64,000 nucleotides of DNA from assembly GCA_026770705.1 (NCBI GenBank), contig JANJGN010000009.1, positions 16,430,001 through 16,494,000 on the forward strand, read 5' to 3'. Below are positions 23,622-35,564 of the stretch, in pieces. Positions within the stretch are counted from its first letter, which is position 1. Every line of letters begins with the position of its first letter. The notes beneath the pieces are model-generated. The model did not search any database. It saw only the letters and a list, made by a program, of their open reading frames with translations, and was not told the DNA's origin. Both the position numbers and the translations under genes were made by a program. The DNA is from Isurus oxyrinchus (lineage: Eukaryota).

Positions 23622-24631
23622 GAGGCTGAATTATACAAGGCACCGGATTCTCAGTCCCTTCCACCAGCTAAAAAGTTATGTTAAAAACAAAAAAACTGCG
23701 GATGCTAGAAATCCAAAACAAAAACAGAATTACCTGGAAAAACTCAGCAGGTCTGGCAGCATCGGCGGAGAAGAAAAGAGTTGACGTTTCGAGTCCTCAT
23801 GACCCTTCGACAGAACTTGAGTGGAAGTTCTGTCAAAGTTCTGTCGAGGGGTCATGAGGACTCGAAACGTCAACTCTTTTCTTCTCCGCCGATGCTGCCA
23901 GACCTGCTGAGTTTTTCCATGGAATTCTGTTTTTGTTTTAAAAAGTTATGTTGCTGGGTGTGATCCTGATGAGAGAGCCAATTGGTCCTTTATAGACTCA
24001 AGTCGGGATTTCTGTCCCTCAGGAAGAGGCTGTCTTACCTCAGAGAGCTGCTGGCCAATCAGAGGCCTGCAGCTCTCCAGCACTTGGGCGTGCGGCGCTG
24101 GTATGTTAGGGATCTTCTTGGGTGCCAAGTTGGCAGGCCCTGTGGAGGGACGGGTGAGGGGTGTCGGGAGTCTGGGTCCATGGCAATGGGACTAGGACAA
24201 CCTGCGGGGAGGTAAAACCTTGGCTGGAGCCTTCCAATGAGCCTGAGGGTCCATTAGGGAGGGAAATCCCCCTCGCCAGCCAGCAGTCCCGGCGGTGGGT
24301 GGGTGGAGGGGTGGGGGGGTGGGGTGGGCAGTGGTGGCGGTGGGGGGTTGCGGAGGGTGGTGGGGTTGCCTGTTGGGCTGGCTGCTTCCAGTGGGCCTCT
24401 CCTGGAGCCAGTTAGATCCCAACAGGTGGTGGTATTAGGTCCTTATGTAGGAATTAATTGCCGACTTAAGGGCCTCAATTGGTCCACTGACAGGCGAGCT
24501 GCCTCATATCATCCAGTATAATTGCTATGGGGACAGGGGCAGTCAGGAAGGCAGGAAGCAGGCTGCCCTTTTGAATTATTGAGCCCACCCTGTCTGCAAA
24601 CCTCCCTACAGGAGAGTGTAAAATCCAGTCC
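23622..24631. mobile_element. Degenerate Harbinger-type non-autonomous element hosting an HHR mini-element
   Basis: TIR-like GGCTGAATTAT and TAAAATCCAGTCC ends. Internal motifs shared with the MITE family. Confidence 0.5.
23683..23938. mobile_element. 256-bp palindromic Penelope-derived mini-element with two back-to-back HHR motifs (23779-23817 on -, 23837-23875 on +)
   Basis: Perfect 14-bp TSD TAAAAAGTTATGTT (23669-23682, 23939-23952). Arms nearly identical to each other and to 10709-10807. Confidence 0.92.
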
Positions 24632-24799
24632 AACATTTTTCATCATTGACAATCCAATCAACACTCCGTCAGGGTTATCATAGGCACCACTACCACCGTT
24701 AGTGAGCCAATCGCTATTTTCATTGGCACAGGGGTCACATAGCATTGTTTGACTAATAGTTCACCTTAATGATAACCTGAGTATAGAAGGCGCTGAGCA

Positions 24800-25420
24800 T
24801 TTGGAGGTATCAGATTACAGAATTTGTAGTGGTGCAGCGTACAGCAGACAATCAATGATGCTCGAGCTGGAGGATATTGCAGAGAGTTCACAGATTAGCC
24901 CAGGTGTCAGAACCTCATCATCAGTAGACACGTGGTCCTCTCGATAGTGGCCCTTGTGGAGACAAGGCTGGCATTATACCTCTCCTCTCCGGGGGTTTGT
25001 TGATGTCTAATGGGCATCATAAGCCACTTCTTCAATGGATATGCCCTATCAGCCATCCAGTGATGCAGGGAGGGTGAGAAACCAAGGCACCGGGAGGGTC
25101 AGAGAATGTAAGCATCATGGCAACTCCCAGGATGCTGCACACATGCTTGTAGAATGTGTTGCCGGTGATCACAGACAAACTGTGCGATCAGCGAATGAAG
25201 CCCTTGATTGGCCTGTGGGCACTATTGATTGCCACATGGGTGCAGTCAATGGCATCTTGTGTCTTTGGGACACAGGATTGAGCTGGAGGATATTGCTGAT
25301 AGTCCACTAACCAGCCCAGGCACCGGAACTTCATCGCCAGTAGACCAATGGTCCTCCCATTAATGGCCCTTGGGGAGGCATGGCTGACATTATATCTCTC
25401 CTGTGCAGCGATTTGTGGAT
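24800..25420 (-). pseudogene. Old Harbinger transposase remnant with a second copy of the C-terminal block
   Basis: The - strand gives DAIDCTHVAI, GFHSL..Q.VCDH, PGSCHDAYIL, AYPLKKWL, RYNAS..TRATIERT. A second RYNVSHA..R....TIGLLAMKFRCL lies at 25280-25400. Confidence 0.75.
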
Positions 25421-25824
25421 GTGTTCACCTGCTCCTGAGCTCAGGTTATCACGGTGATTGCTCCAAAGCCTCTCACTCTCTCCAATTGGCTCTCCTCACC
25501 TGTTGTAAACTTCAACAAGATGTTACCAATAGGGGAGAGAAGCAAACTGAACTTCGTATTTCTCACCATCTGTTCCTCAGCAGATGTGTTTTAATTTTTG
25601 AAATAGCCTGTGCTTCCCCAAACCCTCTGTTTGTGGGGTCAATTTTAAAGTGACTCTTACAGTCACAATTTTAAAGTGGCTCTTTAGGGTTAAGTCAGAA
25701 GTTTTTTTCTTTTTTCATTTAGACGTTCAAACCCTGAGGTGGGGGGGGTGGTGGGGGTGGGGTGGTCGTTGCAACTATGTACGCACACATGCAAGCACAC
25801 AGATAGGACTTTACAACAGTCAAT

Positions 25825-25988
25825 CATTGTTTCATGGTTGCCATCACTGAGGCTAGCTTTCAATTCCAGATTTGCTAATTGAAGTCAAATTCCACCAGCT
25901 GTCGTGGTGGGATTTGAACCCATATGCTCGAAGCATTAACCTGGACCTCTGGATTACTCATTCAATGACATATGCCACCATCTCCCCC
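25825..25988 (-). mobile_element. tRNA-derived SINE-like head
   Basis: The - strand has an A-box-like start and B-box GGGTTCAAATCCC. It does not fold as a complete tRNA. Confidence 0.55.
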
Positions 25989-25989
25989 A

Positions 25990-26230
25990 AATGAAGGAAT
26001 TCAGGAGGAACTTTTTCACACAGAGGGTAGTAGAAATCTAGAATTCTCTTCCCTCAAAAGCTATAGATGCTGAATCAGTTGGAGCTTAGAGAACTCTGGT
26101 TGATAGCTTTTTGCTAGGTAAGGGATATGGAGCAAAGCCAGGTAAGTGAAGTTGAAGTACAAATGATCTAATTGAATAACAGAGCAGGCACGAGGGGAGA
26201 ATAGCCAGTTCTGGTTCCCATGTTCCTAAA
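25990..26230 (+). mobile_element. CR1-type 3' fragment
   Basis: FRRNFFTQRVVEI*NSLP-type sequence followed by the CR1 3' UTR. Confidence 0.7.
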
Positions 26231-27049
26231 TGTATAATGTGCAATATTTCCTTGTATCTTCACTCTAAAAGTGCTGTGAACAGATGCCTATGTCCCTGCC
26301 ATCCAATAATAGGTGGGGGGATTCCTATTATTAGTCGATCACAAGACCCCAATTGCCTCATCAAAAGGCCATGGAATTTCAGGGCTAATGAATTCTGCCC
26401 TCAAGTTTGTAGAAGAGGGAAGTTGTGTTGAACGATGACCAAAATTAATATTAGCACACATTACAGCAGATTCCCCCTCAAAAGTATTTTATTGGTTGTA
26501 AAGTGCTTTGGGACGTCATGAAATTATGAAAGATGCCGTATGAATGTAAGTCCTTTTTATAAATTAGCACTTTAATAAAAACTGTAGTGATTTAACAGAA
26601 ATAATGGATACTTCATATTATTAATTTTAGTATATAAAGCACTTAAGAGAGAAATATTGCCCTAAGTGCCTACAAGTGGATGTTAAAGGTGAAACGTTTC
26701 AGCTGTTTAAAGTTGTTTTCTTTTCATCCAGCCAAGCAAGAACAGTTTGAATGCAAAACTTTGGAAAACTTCACAGACTAATTTGCTGTTCTGAAGCTTT
26801 AATCATTTCTTCACTCACTGTGAAACAGGCCCGAGGTGTGTTGTCATGCCACTTAATCATTGTTTCAAGATTGTGGATAGCTAGAAAAGTATATATAATT
26901 TATTGGCTCCTCTGCACCCAGTGAGAGATGAAAGTTAAGAATGAGATGTCAAACTCAGTCATGAGTTGTTCCATTGCACAAAATCACAGCTTCTGTTCCA
27001 TAGCTCCATGGCGCTTCTGTGCTAAAGCATTCATGTGAAAAAGACATCT

Positions 27050-27309
27050 TTTGGCTATCTCCACCTATCACTGGCCCTCTATCCAGCTCTACCTGTCCCA
27101 CTAACCGCTACCCCCCCGCCCCCACCACCCCCTTAAACCAGCTTATATTTCATCTCTTTTCTATTTTTTCTTAGTTCTGTTGAAGAATCATATGGACCTC
27201 GAATTGTTAACTGTGTTCCTCTCCGCAGATGCTGTCAGACCTGCTGAGTTTTTCCAGGCATTTTTGTTTTTGTTTTGGATTTCCAGCATCTGCAGTTTTT
27301 TGTTTTTAT
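27050..27309 (+). mobile_element. Penelope 3'-end fragment with decayed HHR motif (27173-27212)
   Basis: CCTTAAACCAGCTTATATTTC is shared with 10664-10685 and is followed by the full end module. Confidence 0.8.
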
Positions 27310-28591
27310 CTTAATTGTCAAATCTATTCTATTGATCGAAAAAGCTTCAGTGAATTCACAGAAGGAAATAATTCTTCCCCTGTACATGGTAGAAGTCATC
27401 TTCAGGACAGATCTGACTGGGTCATTCTTCCACATGATAGTTCATTAAATTGAGCATGGAGACATCTTTCTTCATGATACCGTGTAAATCTCCAATTGTG
27501 CAAAGCAATTATTGTTATCTTCATTCCTTTCTTTTAGCCCTCCTACACATTGTTCACATAGGGACTCTACTGGCAGTTTTACCATCAGCCATTATATCTT
27601 GATTACCATCACAAGGTGTCTGCTATTGCTCTACTGAAACCATTAAAACATTTTACAGGTGCAGAAATTCTGCTTTGTTGTCAGCATCAGGTAAACTTTT
27701 TGGTAAGGTCTACTCTTATAATGTTTCTTTCATGCACTAGGATAGATTATGTTGCAAACTAAAGTAGTGGGAAAAAATAAAACTAAAGACCGTGGGTGAG
27801 GGAAATGGCTTTATTAATACTGTAAGGCAGAACCCATTTTAACACTTTCCTAATCTTATCAATATCTCTTTGCAGGCTGAACCTTGATATCCCCTGACAA
27901 TCTCAACACCGCTCCCTCAAGGCCTATATTCAAACAATTGATGCACACAGTGAACACTGGACCTTGGTGAAACACCACTATCCCCTTCCTTAATCACTCT
28001 AAAAAATACCTTAACTCCTTCTCTCTTCTTCCTCTGTTCTGAGCGATTTTTAATCCAGTTTACTGTCCTCTCACTAATTGCAAACCCCTTAATCTTCTCT
28101 AATAATCTTTTTTCATTCTTTCATGGGGTGAGGACATCGATGGCTAGGCCAGCATTTATTGCTCACTCTTAATTGCCCGCGAGATGGTGGTGACAAGCCA
28201 TCTTCTTGAACCGCTGCAGTCCTTGTGGTGTAGGGACTGTCAGGAAGATTAAGTAATTCTCATAATGATATTGGGATTTATTGTAAAATAATGGTATCTG
28301 TGTTTGTATGTGTCTGTTTGTGTGTGAGAGAGACTTATTTGGATTAAAACCAGCTGGTCTGAAGACTTTGATGTAAACATGGTAAACATGGTAGAAGCTT
28401 AGAATGTAAGGCATAAAAGGATATTTGTGTTTCTAAATAAACCAGACTAGATTGTTATCAAAGGAGGAAATGTGTCACCTAACCAGGTTAGGTTTAGAAA
28501 CAGTGTGTTTATCTTTCCCAAAGATTACTGGCAAATCTTAGTGCTATGAGAGATTTTTTATAATCAGAAAGATAAAGTCCAAAGGCACAGC

Positions 28592-29298
28592 AGCCAGAAT
28601 TTTACCTACAGCATACAGATGCATGCCCAACATGCCCGAACATAATATGACATGCGGTGAAGTCGGGCGTGCGTTCTGACATCATCGTGCACTCGCGCGA
28701 TATTTCACTTGGCGGGTGCGAGCCAGAGTCAGTTGCACGCCTGCCGGTAATTGAAAAGCCTATTAAGGCCATTAACTGGGTGATTAACTGGAAATTTAAG
28801 CTGCCCATCCAACCTAACGGTCAGTGGGCAGGCGAAAAGGCCAAGTGGCCTTTATATTTTTTAGGAAACCTCATCCACAAGCGGGATGAGCTTTCCTAGA
28901 ACTCAAGCAAATTAAATAAAAACTTTCCTCTGACATTAAAAACATGCCCCATCTCATGTGACACAGTCACATGAGGGGACACGTTTCGTTAAATTTTAAT
29001 CACCTTTATTCGTTTTTTTAAAAAGCACTTCAATTTCCTGAGGCAGCTCCAAGCCTCGAGTTTGAAACGTTCTTTTACGCGCAAGTGCAAACTGTGTGCA
29101 AGGCCCAGTCCCCAGGGCTGCCGCTCGCGATCCACACAGGGCGGGCCTTAATTGCGCCCCCACCCCCACCCCCGACCATGTGAAATCATGGCACAGAGCC
29201 GATCACGGGTGGTGATCAGCTTCCCAACCCCCCCCACCAGGCCCCCCCTCCTCCCGCCCACTCCCGCCGAGCCCGCCCGACAAGGGAAAAATTCTGGC
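28592..29298. mobile_element. Harbinger-family MITE
   Basis: TIRs GCCAGAATTTT / AAAATTCTGGC. Body homologous to 15257-15923. Confidence 0.85.
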
Positions 29299-29493
29299 CA
29301 GTGAAACAGTGGGAATTTGCATTCAAAAGGGAAAATATGTACAAAGGACCAAAGGCTGTGTAAGGGTGGGCATGTTAAGAACTAACAAGTGTGAAAAACT
29401 TTCAGCCCTTATGCCTCAAGCTGCTGTTTTCAAAGAACTGAAGTTAAAAAGACTCACTTTGATTTCGACTGGTTCAGGGTATCATATTTCTTT

Positions 29494-29754
29494 AAGGTAA
29501 AAGCAAAAAACTGCAGATGCTGGAAATCCAAAACAAAAACAAAAACACCTGGAAAAACTCGACAGGTCTGGCAGCATCTGCAGAGAGGAACACAGTTAAA
29601 GTTCCGAGTCCATATGACTCTTCATCAGAACTAAGGAAAAACAGGCTATTCTGTTCTGTTGAAGGGTCATTCGGATTTGAAACGTTGACTGTGCCCCTCT
29701 CCACAGATGCTGCCAGACCTGCTGAGTTTTTCCAGGTATTTTTGTTTTTGTTTT
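29494..29754. mobile_element. Palindromic Penelope-derived mini-element with two HHR motifs (29594-29632 on -, 29653-29689 on +)
   Basis: TSD GTATCATATTT(C/T)TTT, 14/15 match (29479-29493, 29755-29769), and inverted end modules. Confidence 0.88.
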
Positions 29755-30146
29755 GTATCATATTTTTTTGCTTGAGTCTTTCAAAAATATGTGGCTTACT
29801 GTTGTCTTAACAAAAGTGTAACTAGGAGTCAAGAGTAAGTAGGGGATTTTGATGTTATCATGTTGGTAATTTGTAGATCTATGTATGTGTTTAAAATCAT
29901 TTCTCTTATTAATGCATGTTTAATTTAGTTTTGTAAAAACCTATAAGACTTTGTGTTCTATTACTACTGAATTCAAGGCACACACCTCAAATCTTATACA
30001 AATTACAAAACAATTGTTTCAAGTTTCCCTCTGGGATTTGAGCGACTCAGCACTTACCAATCAAAACCATAACAGTCCACCCACAGTGCTGTTAGGAAGG
30101 GAGTTGCATGATTTTGACCCAGTGCCAGTGAAGGAATGGAGATATA

Positions 30147-30803
30147 GGCCTGAATCTTCTGGTCGGCGTGTTGGGGGTGGGCCCTGCATGCTGACGTGTA
30201 AACTGACACGCGGTGATGTCGGGGGTGCGCCCCCAACGTCACCGGCCATCATTCCGATCTTTAGTCCGGCAGGCACGCACCGGAGTCGGCTGCGCACCCA
30301 CCAAACTGTCAAAGGCCTGTTAAGGCCACTTAACAACCAATTGAAACAATCAACAGGGCTGCCCGTCCAAGCTTAAGGTTGGCGGTCAGACGAAGATCCC
30401 AGGCGGCCTTTGTATTTATCGTGAAATGTCATCCATGGGCGGGATAAAGTTTCATAAAGGCTTTGTACGTCAAATAAAATTTTTAATTAAAATTCATTGA
30501 CATGTCCCAGCTCATGGCTGAATAATCTTCTCTACTTTTTTTTTTTGAAGCTTTCATAATGAAAATGATTTCCCTGAGGCAGCTCCATGTCTCAGGGAGA
30601 TCTCTGTGCTCTATCACCGCGCAGGCCCCGACTCTCCCTCCTCCCTCCGCCCGCACAGGGAGTGCTGAGCGCTTGCAGGTGCGCATCACACTGGGCGGGA
30701 CTTAACTGGCCCGCCCCATGTAAAATGGCGGCATGTAGCCAGTTGCCGGCAGCGATTGGCTGCACTCCCGCCCAGCCCACTTGATGGGGAGAAAATTCTC
30801 CCA
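30147..30803. mobile_element. Harbinger-family MITE
   Basis: TIRs GGCCTGAATCTTCT / AGAAAATTCTCCC. Body homologous to 15257-15923. Confidence 0.85.
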
Positions 30804-31839
30804 AAGTTCCAAGTCAGGATGGTGTGTGGCTTGAACGGAAGGTTGAAGGTGGTGATGTTCCCATGCGTCTGTCATGTGACCCCCCCCCTTGGCAAAGGCT
30901 TCCTAAAGTCTGTACACCACATCCACCACATTCACCATGACTGGTACTGCCTCCAAAATATTCTGTGACTCAAGTCTGTCAAACACAATTCATCCCTTTG
31001 GAAATTGGAGCCGGCCACTTCTAACAATCTTTCCTTTATTTCGATACATGAAGGAGTGAATTAAAAGCAATTTTACACGGTCCATCCACTTTTACGGTTG
31101 GCGGACAGGTCAATCAGCCTGGCGCGCTTCACATTTTTGCCTACAGCCTCGATCCGGGAGGAGGGGGGGGGGATGAAATGTCCGGGGGTGAACTATAATA
31201 AAAAAAAGATGCCTGGTGACTGACGTTTTTTGAGTTTCGCTGTCAGGCGCTTGAATGCGCTGCATAGGCACAGTTTGCTGCATTTCTTTCCTTCTCATTT
31301 AATTTGCACAGGCCACTTGCTTGCGCCCGACACGTAAGCGATAGATTCAGACCAAGGCAATTTCATCCTTAATTGAAGACTAAAATTTTCCTGACTCGAC
31401 TACTGACATTAATTTACCTGACCTGTAAACACACAAATGAGTGCTAAAATCACTTTGAGAAACTGAGTGCTGCATTGGACACTCTCCAGTCCGTTGATGT
31501 ATATATTCACGTTCAATCGGGACTTGAAATATCGGCCCAGGTCTTCTGTTCCTTGGGGGTCATACCTCAGGGGTACGCCAGCAGATGCAATGGGGAACAC
31601 CCCTGCCCCACCGCTGAAGTCCCTGCACAAGCACTGCACAGGAATTGCCCAGGAAATTTCACCTTCTGTTGGGCAATGACACTGCGCTTGGAGCCCTCTG
31701 AAACTCTGATTTAAATCAGGGACTTTGGACGGTTCTGACTGTGTTAGCGGAATAGTTACCCAGGAGAAGTTAGAAGGATCAAAACCATTTCTAACTCCTG
31801 GATAACTATGGCACTGACAAGCTTGACTCCCCACTGGAC

Positions 31840-32185
31840 GTCCCCACCGACGCCTCCATCACCCAACAGCCCCCTCAACTACCCCCCAACCCCAACTGCA
31901 CCCACCACTAACTACCCCTGATCCCCCATGAACCCCGACTACCCCCCACCCAGTGTAATCAGGTGGCCGGGGAGTGGGGGGTAGATAGGGGGCTGGGGGC
32001 ATAATCTGGGAGTTGGGGGTTGGGGTATTGGTTGGGGGGAGGGGGGGTGTGGGTGGGGGGTAGTTGGGGTTCATAGGGGGTCGGGGGAAGTTACTGGTGG
32101 GTGTAGGTGGAGTTGGGGGGTAGTCAAGGGAGTTGTCAGATGATGGAGGGGTCAGTGGTGTAGTTGGGGGGGGGGGGGGGTGTCC
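31840..32185. repeat. C-rich then G-rich low-complexity tracts, partly inverted
   Basis: (CCCC-AACTACCCC)-like units at 31860-31950 are mirrored by (GGGGTAGTT-GGGG)-like units at 31975-32180. Confidence 0.6.
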
Positions 32186-34758
32186 AGTGGGGAGAAAGGC
32201 ATGTCAATGCCATAGATGGCCCCACCCCCTTGACCCACAATCTCCCAACCCTGACTACCCCCACCTGGGTGCTGTGGGAAGAAGGAAAGGGCAAATTGTA
32301 ATGGTGCAAGGAGTGTTGAGTACAGCTAATATAGTTTAGTGCTGAGGTGGGGCTTCTTTGAAGGATTTGAATTGTTGAAGTCGGGGTGTTATTGGAGAAT
32401 ATTAATGAGGTGCTGGGGATTTTATTGAGGAGGTTTAGTGCTAAGGTGTGGGTTTGTATGGGGACTAGGTTAAGAGATGAGGAGGGAAGCAGGCATTGGT
32501 GAGGGCAAGGGTGAGAAGACTGGCTGGAGCTCAGCGCAAGGCCATGCAGCCTTGAGGGACCAGGGTCAAGTGACAAAGCCCACAGTCTTGGGGGCTAATG
32601 ATGTACCCTTGGCCACCAGGGGACTGGCAATGGTGGCAAGCCCTTGGCCCCACAGAGGGGTAAGAGGGAGCAGCTGGAGTGGAGGAGAGGAGGGAGGAGA
32701 GGATGGCATCCAGGGCCTTTCAACTGCAGAAAGGGGCAGGAGGTGGGGAAGGCTCTGGGGAGGGCTGGGGTGAGGAACGGGGGTGGGGGGGTGCTCCTGT
32801 AGGAAGGAGAGGAAGTCCGGGGGGAAGGGTGGAGACTGGGGGAGGGGCCGGCTGCTTGTGAGTAGAAGGCTCCTGCAACACAAACTTGGGAAGGTGAGAG
32901 GGATGTTTTGGGGTGAATCTAGAGCCTAGGAGAGGGGGTACACACAGTGCAAAACTCCGGGGCCCGAGGTCTAGAAGGGGCCTGGGCTGGGTGTTGTAAA
33001 TGCAGTTCTTGTCACCTTGACTGAACAGCCAGAGCTTCAGGGCCTGAAAGACAGCTTCCGAAGTGTCAGCCTGTCAGCTCTGATATTTTTTGTTGAAATT
33101 CAGTCTTTTAGATCAGCTCCACTGACAGTTGCCGCGCTGCAGCTTCCAACCTTTGAGCAGTTTCGCAGTTCTAATCTTTTTGAAAAGCCCATCAGGAAAC
33201 CACAAAACTGCCTGAAGGTCAGCAGCAGCAATCCTCAATTGCAGTAACTATCACGAGAGCGGCTTTGTTAAAAAATATGGTTGAGAAATGGTAAGTGACG
33301 TCCATGGAATCTTTTTAGAGCCAATTGGATGCTGTGAGATGATGCTGGAGGGGATCTTTCAACGTCATTCTGGGTGGGTGAGATGAGCTGGGTCCTTGTC
33401 ATCTGTAATTATCTTGCGAATAGGAGGTGGAATCGTGGCTGGTGTTCATGGCTGTATTATGTCACTAATGCAAGTTTACTGTGAGCAGGTTTTGTGGGGT
33501 GACATTATTAGGAGCCCGAAATGGGCTTCGTAACTTGTTTGGTGCTGCAAATGATTCTCAAGGGTCTTTTCCCTTGGCTTAAGTTGTGTCCTATTTGTCT
33601 ACTTACCTATCATCATACTCTATCTTAGTATGTTTTATGAGTTTTTGAGCTATTGAAATATCATGATAAAGTCGTGTTGGATGGTTGATATTGAAAATAT
33701 ATTGTTGTGAGAAGCAATAACCAGCACAGTCTTCAGACTTGCTGATCAAGAAAACACAAATACAATTGTAAACCATTCTTTGTCCTCTGGCCTCTTAAAA
33801 GTTGTATTGCACAGAGACATTTCTAACTGACATCTGTCATGATGATGTGACTTGTGCATGACTGATATTAATTTTTAATTTCATCGTCTGATCAAGCATA
33901 TATTGAACTATTTACAGAGGAATTTAAAAAAGCAAGCAAGGACACTTACTTAACTTGGCTGCCATAAGTCACCTGACATCAGGTACTACAAGTTGACCAG
34001 TTTTCTGGAATATTCCAATGAGGAATACAATTAAGATATGCACAGACATCTATCTAATGAATTTTACACTTGTTGATGTGAAGAACTACTTCAAGAGATT
34101 TACTGAAACTGTAATGGACCTCACATTTGCATTTCTATAAAACTCTCTCTCAAGTGGAGACAGAAAGTCTACTGAGGTAATAGTTTATTGTAAAGGTGTT
34201 CTCCCTAGCCCATCAAAATGAACAATGGATCATTCAGGAGTTAATGGATGGGACATTGCAGAATCTAATTACCTAGGCTATAAAACTAGAGCCACAGTCT
34301 GTCCAAACATGTGCTAAGAAAATAGATCCTGAAATTATTATGGGGGAGAGTGGCTATCAGACTAGAATTACCATTTTTGAAAGCTCTTTTATTATGCAAG
34401 CTGCTATGGAGTAGTCTGGAAGAAATCTGCAAATGGGGCAGTAAGTCTTATTCATATGACAGTTTGAAATCGAACACAGAGATAGAGAATTATCATAGAA
34501 AAGAACCTCAGGTGCAAAAATCATTGGCTTTTGGAAAAGATGAATTATGTTTTAAAAGGAAATTGATGCCGGCAATGGCAGTTTACATGGACTTCAACTC
34601 CTGGAATTTCAAGACCACAATGGAGAAAAATTTGCCACAGCCAGAGATACCAGCAAAGGACTCATAAACAGTGAACTCTCTATTTTTTACCTTTTAGTGT
34701 TGAATTATAATTTGGCCAAGAAGTAACTTCCTACTGTATATTTGTAATTCCACAAGCT

Positions 34759-34797
34759 TGTGTGTGTGTGTGTGTGTGTGTGCGCGTGTGTGTGTGT
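34759..34797. repeat. (TG)n microsatellite
   Basis: Seen directly. Confidence 0.9.
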
Positions 34798-35520
34798 TTT
34801 GCAAAGATCAGGCATGGACTTAACTTTTTGAATATTTTTATATCTTTACCTAGGTGTGTTTTTAACTCAATAAACACAAATCCCTTTTTGTTTTAAACTC
34901 AAGAAAGCCTGCCAGATTAGTTTCTTTGAAATCAGCATGTAAATGTTTAAGCACAGACATTGAGTAGTAAAGAACATATCGTTTTATTTTTTTGTTGGAC
35001 TGTGGATTGGGCTTGCAATAGCTGCATTTTCAGTGGTATGTCCACTGGAACAGGATGAGAGATATATACAATGCTGCAGTCTTGGAACAGAGTGTGCCGT
35101 GAAAGACAGGATGGTGCCAGAAAGGAGACCTGGACCAAGGGAGCTGCCTGACAACAGCATTTTAACTGGCTCCTGACCAGCTTTATGTGTGGTAGCAATG
35201 CAGCAGAAAGCCCCTGGCCTGCAAAGAGGAAACATCTAAAATCTCTTTTCCTAATACCTCTTTAGCTTGCTCTCTCTCTCTCTCTCTCTTTCTCTGAGGA
35301 AACCCCTTAAAAAGAAAAAATGTGAAAACCACCGTTAGAGACATTGAAAAGCAAGTTTTCAACCAGTGATCTAAATACTGAAAGTGCTGGAAGACCACCT
35401 TGTTTCATCAACAAGGACTGAAAGGAGTTTGGAAGACATTGATCAAAACCAACCCATCGAACCCTGTACGCTGGATTGGTGCTATTGAACTGTTTTATCC
35501 CATCCTTAAAATCCACGAGC

Positions 35521-35528
35521 TGTGTGTC

Positions 35529-35563
<35 letters not shown>
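35521..35563. repeat. (TG)n microsatellite
   Basis: Seen directly. Confidence 0.9.

Positions 35564-35564
<1 letters not shown>

Larger units (their letters stand above)
28238..30074 (+). mobile_element. Solo LTR containing a Harbinger MITE and an HHR mini-element
   Basis: TGT...ACA ends exactly interrupt the host LINE. Flanks GGAC/GTCC are compatible with a decayed 4-bp TSD. Confidence 0.6.
28110..30872 (-). mobile_element. LINE 3'-end fragment (same family as 59600-60270) split by a solo LTR and a MITE
   Basis: Pieces 28110-28237, 30075-30146 and 30804-30872 rejoin into sequence that overlaps the reverse complement of ~60120-60270. Confidence 0.7.

Noticed and set aside
23683-23938. DNA-transposon MITE interpretation of the palindromes
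   Set aside because: The arms are asymmetric, the TSDs are 14-15 bp, and the sequence is the 3' end of a Penelope retroelement.
23587-23963. Recurrent short ORFs such as KTADAR/NPKQKQ..LEKLSRSGSI and MLPDLLSFS
   Set aside because: They are chance translations of the HHR end module. Frames and starts differ between copies.
25825-25988. tRNA gene
   Set aside because: It has a B-box but no full cloverleaf, consistent with a SINE head.
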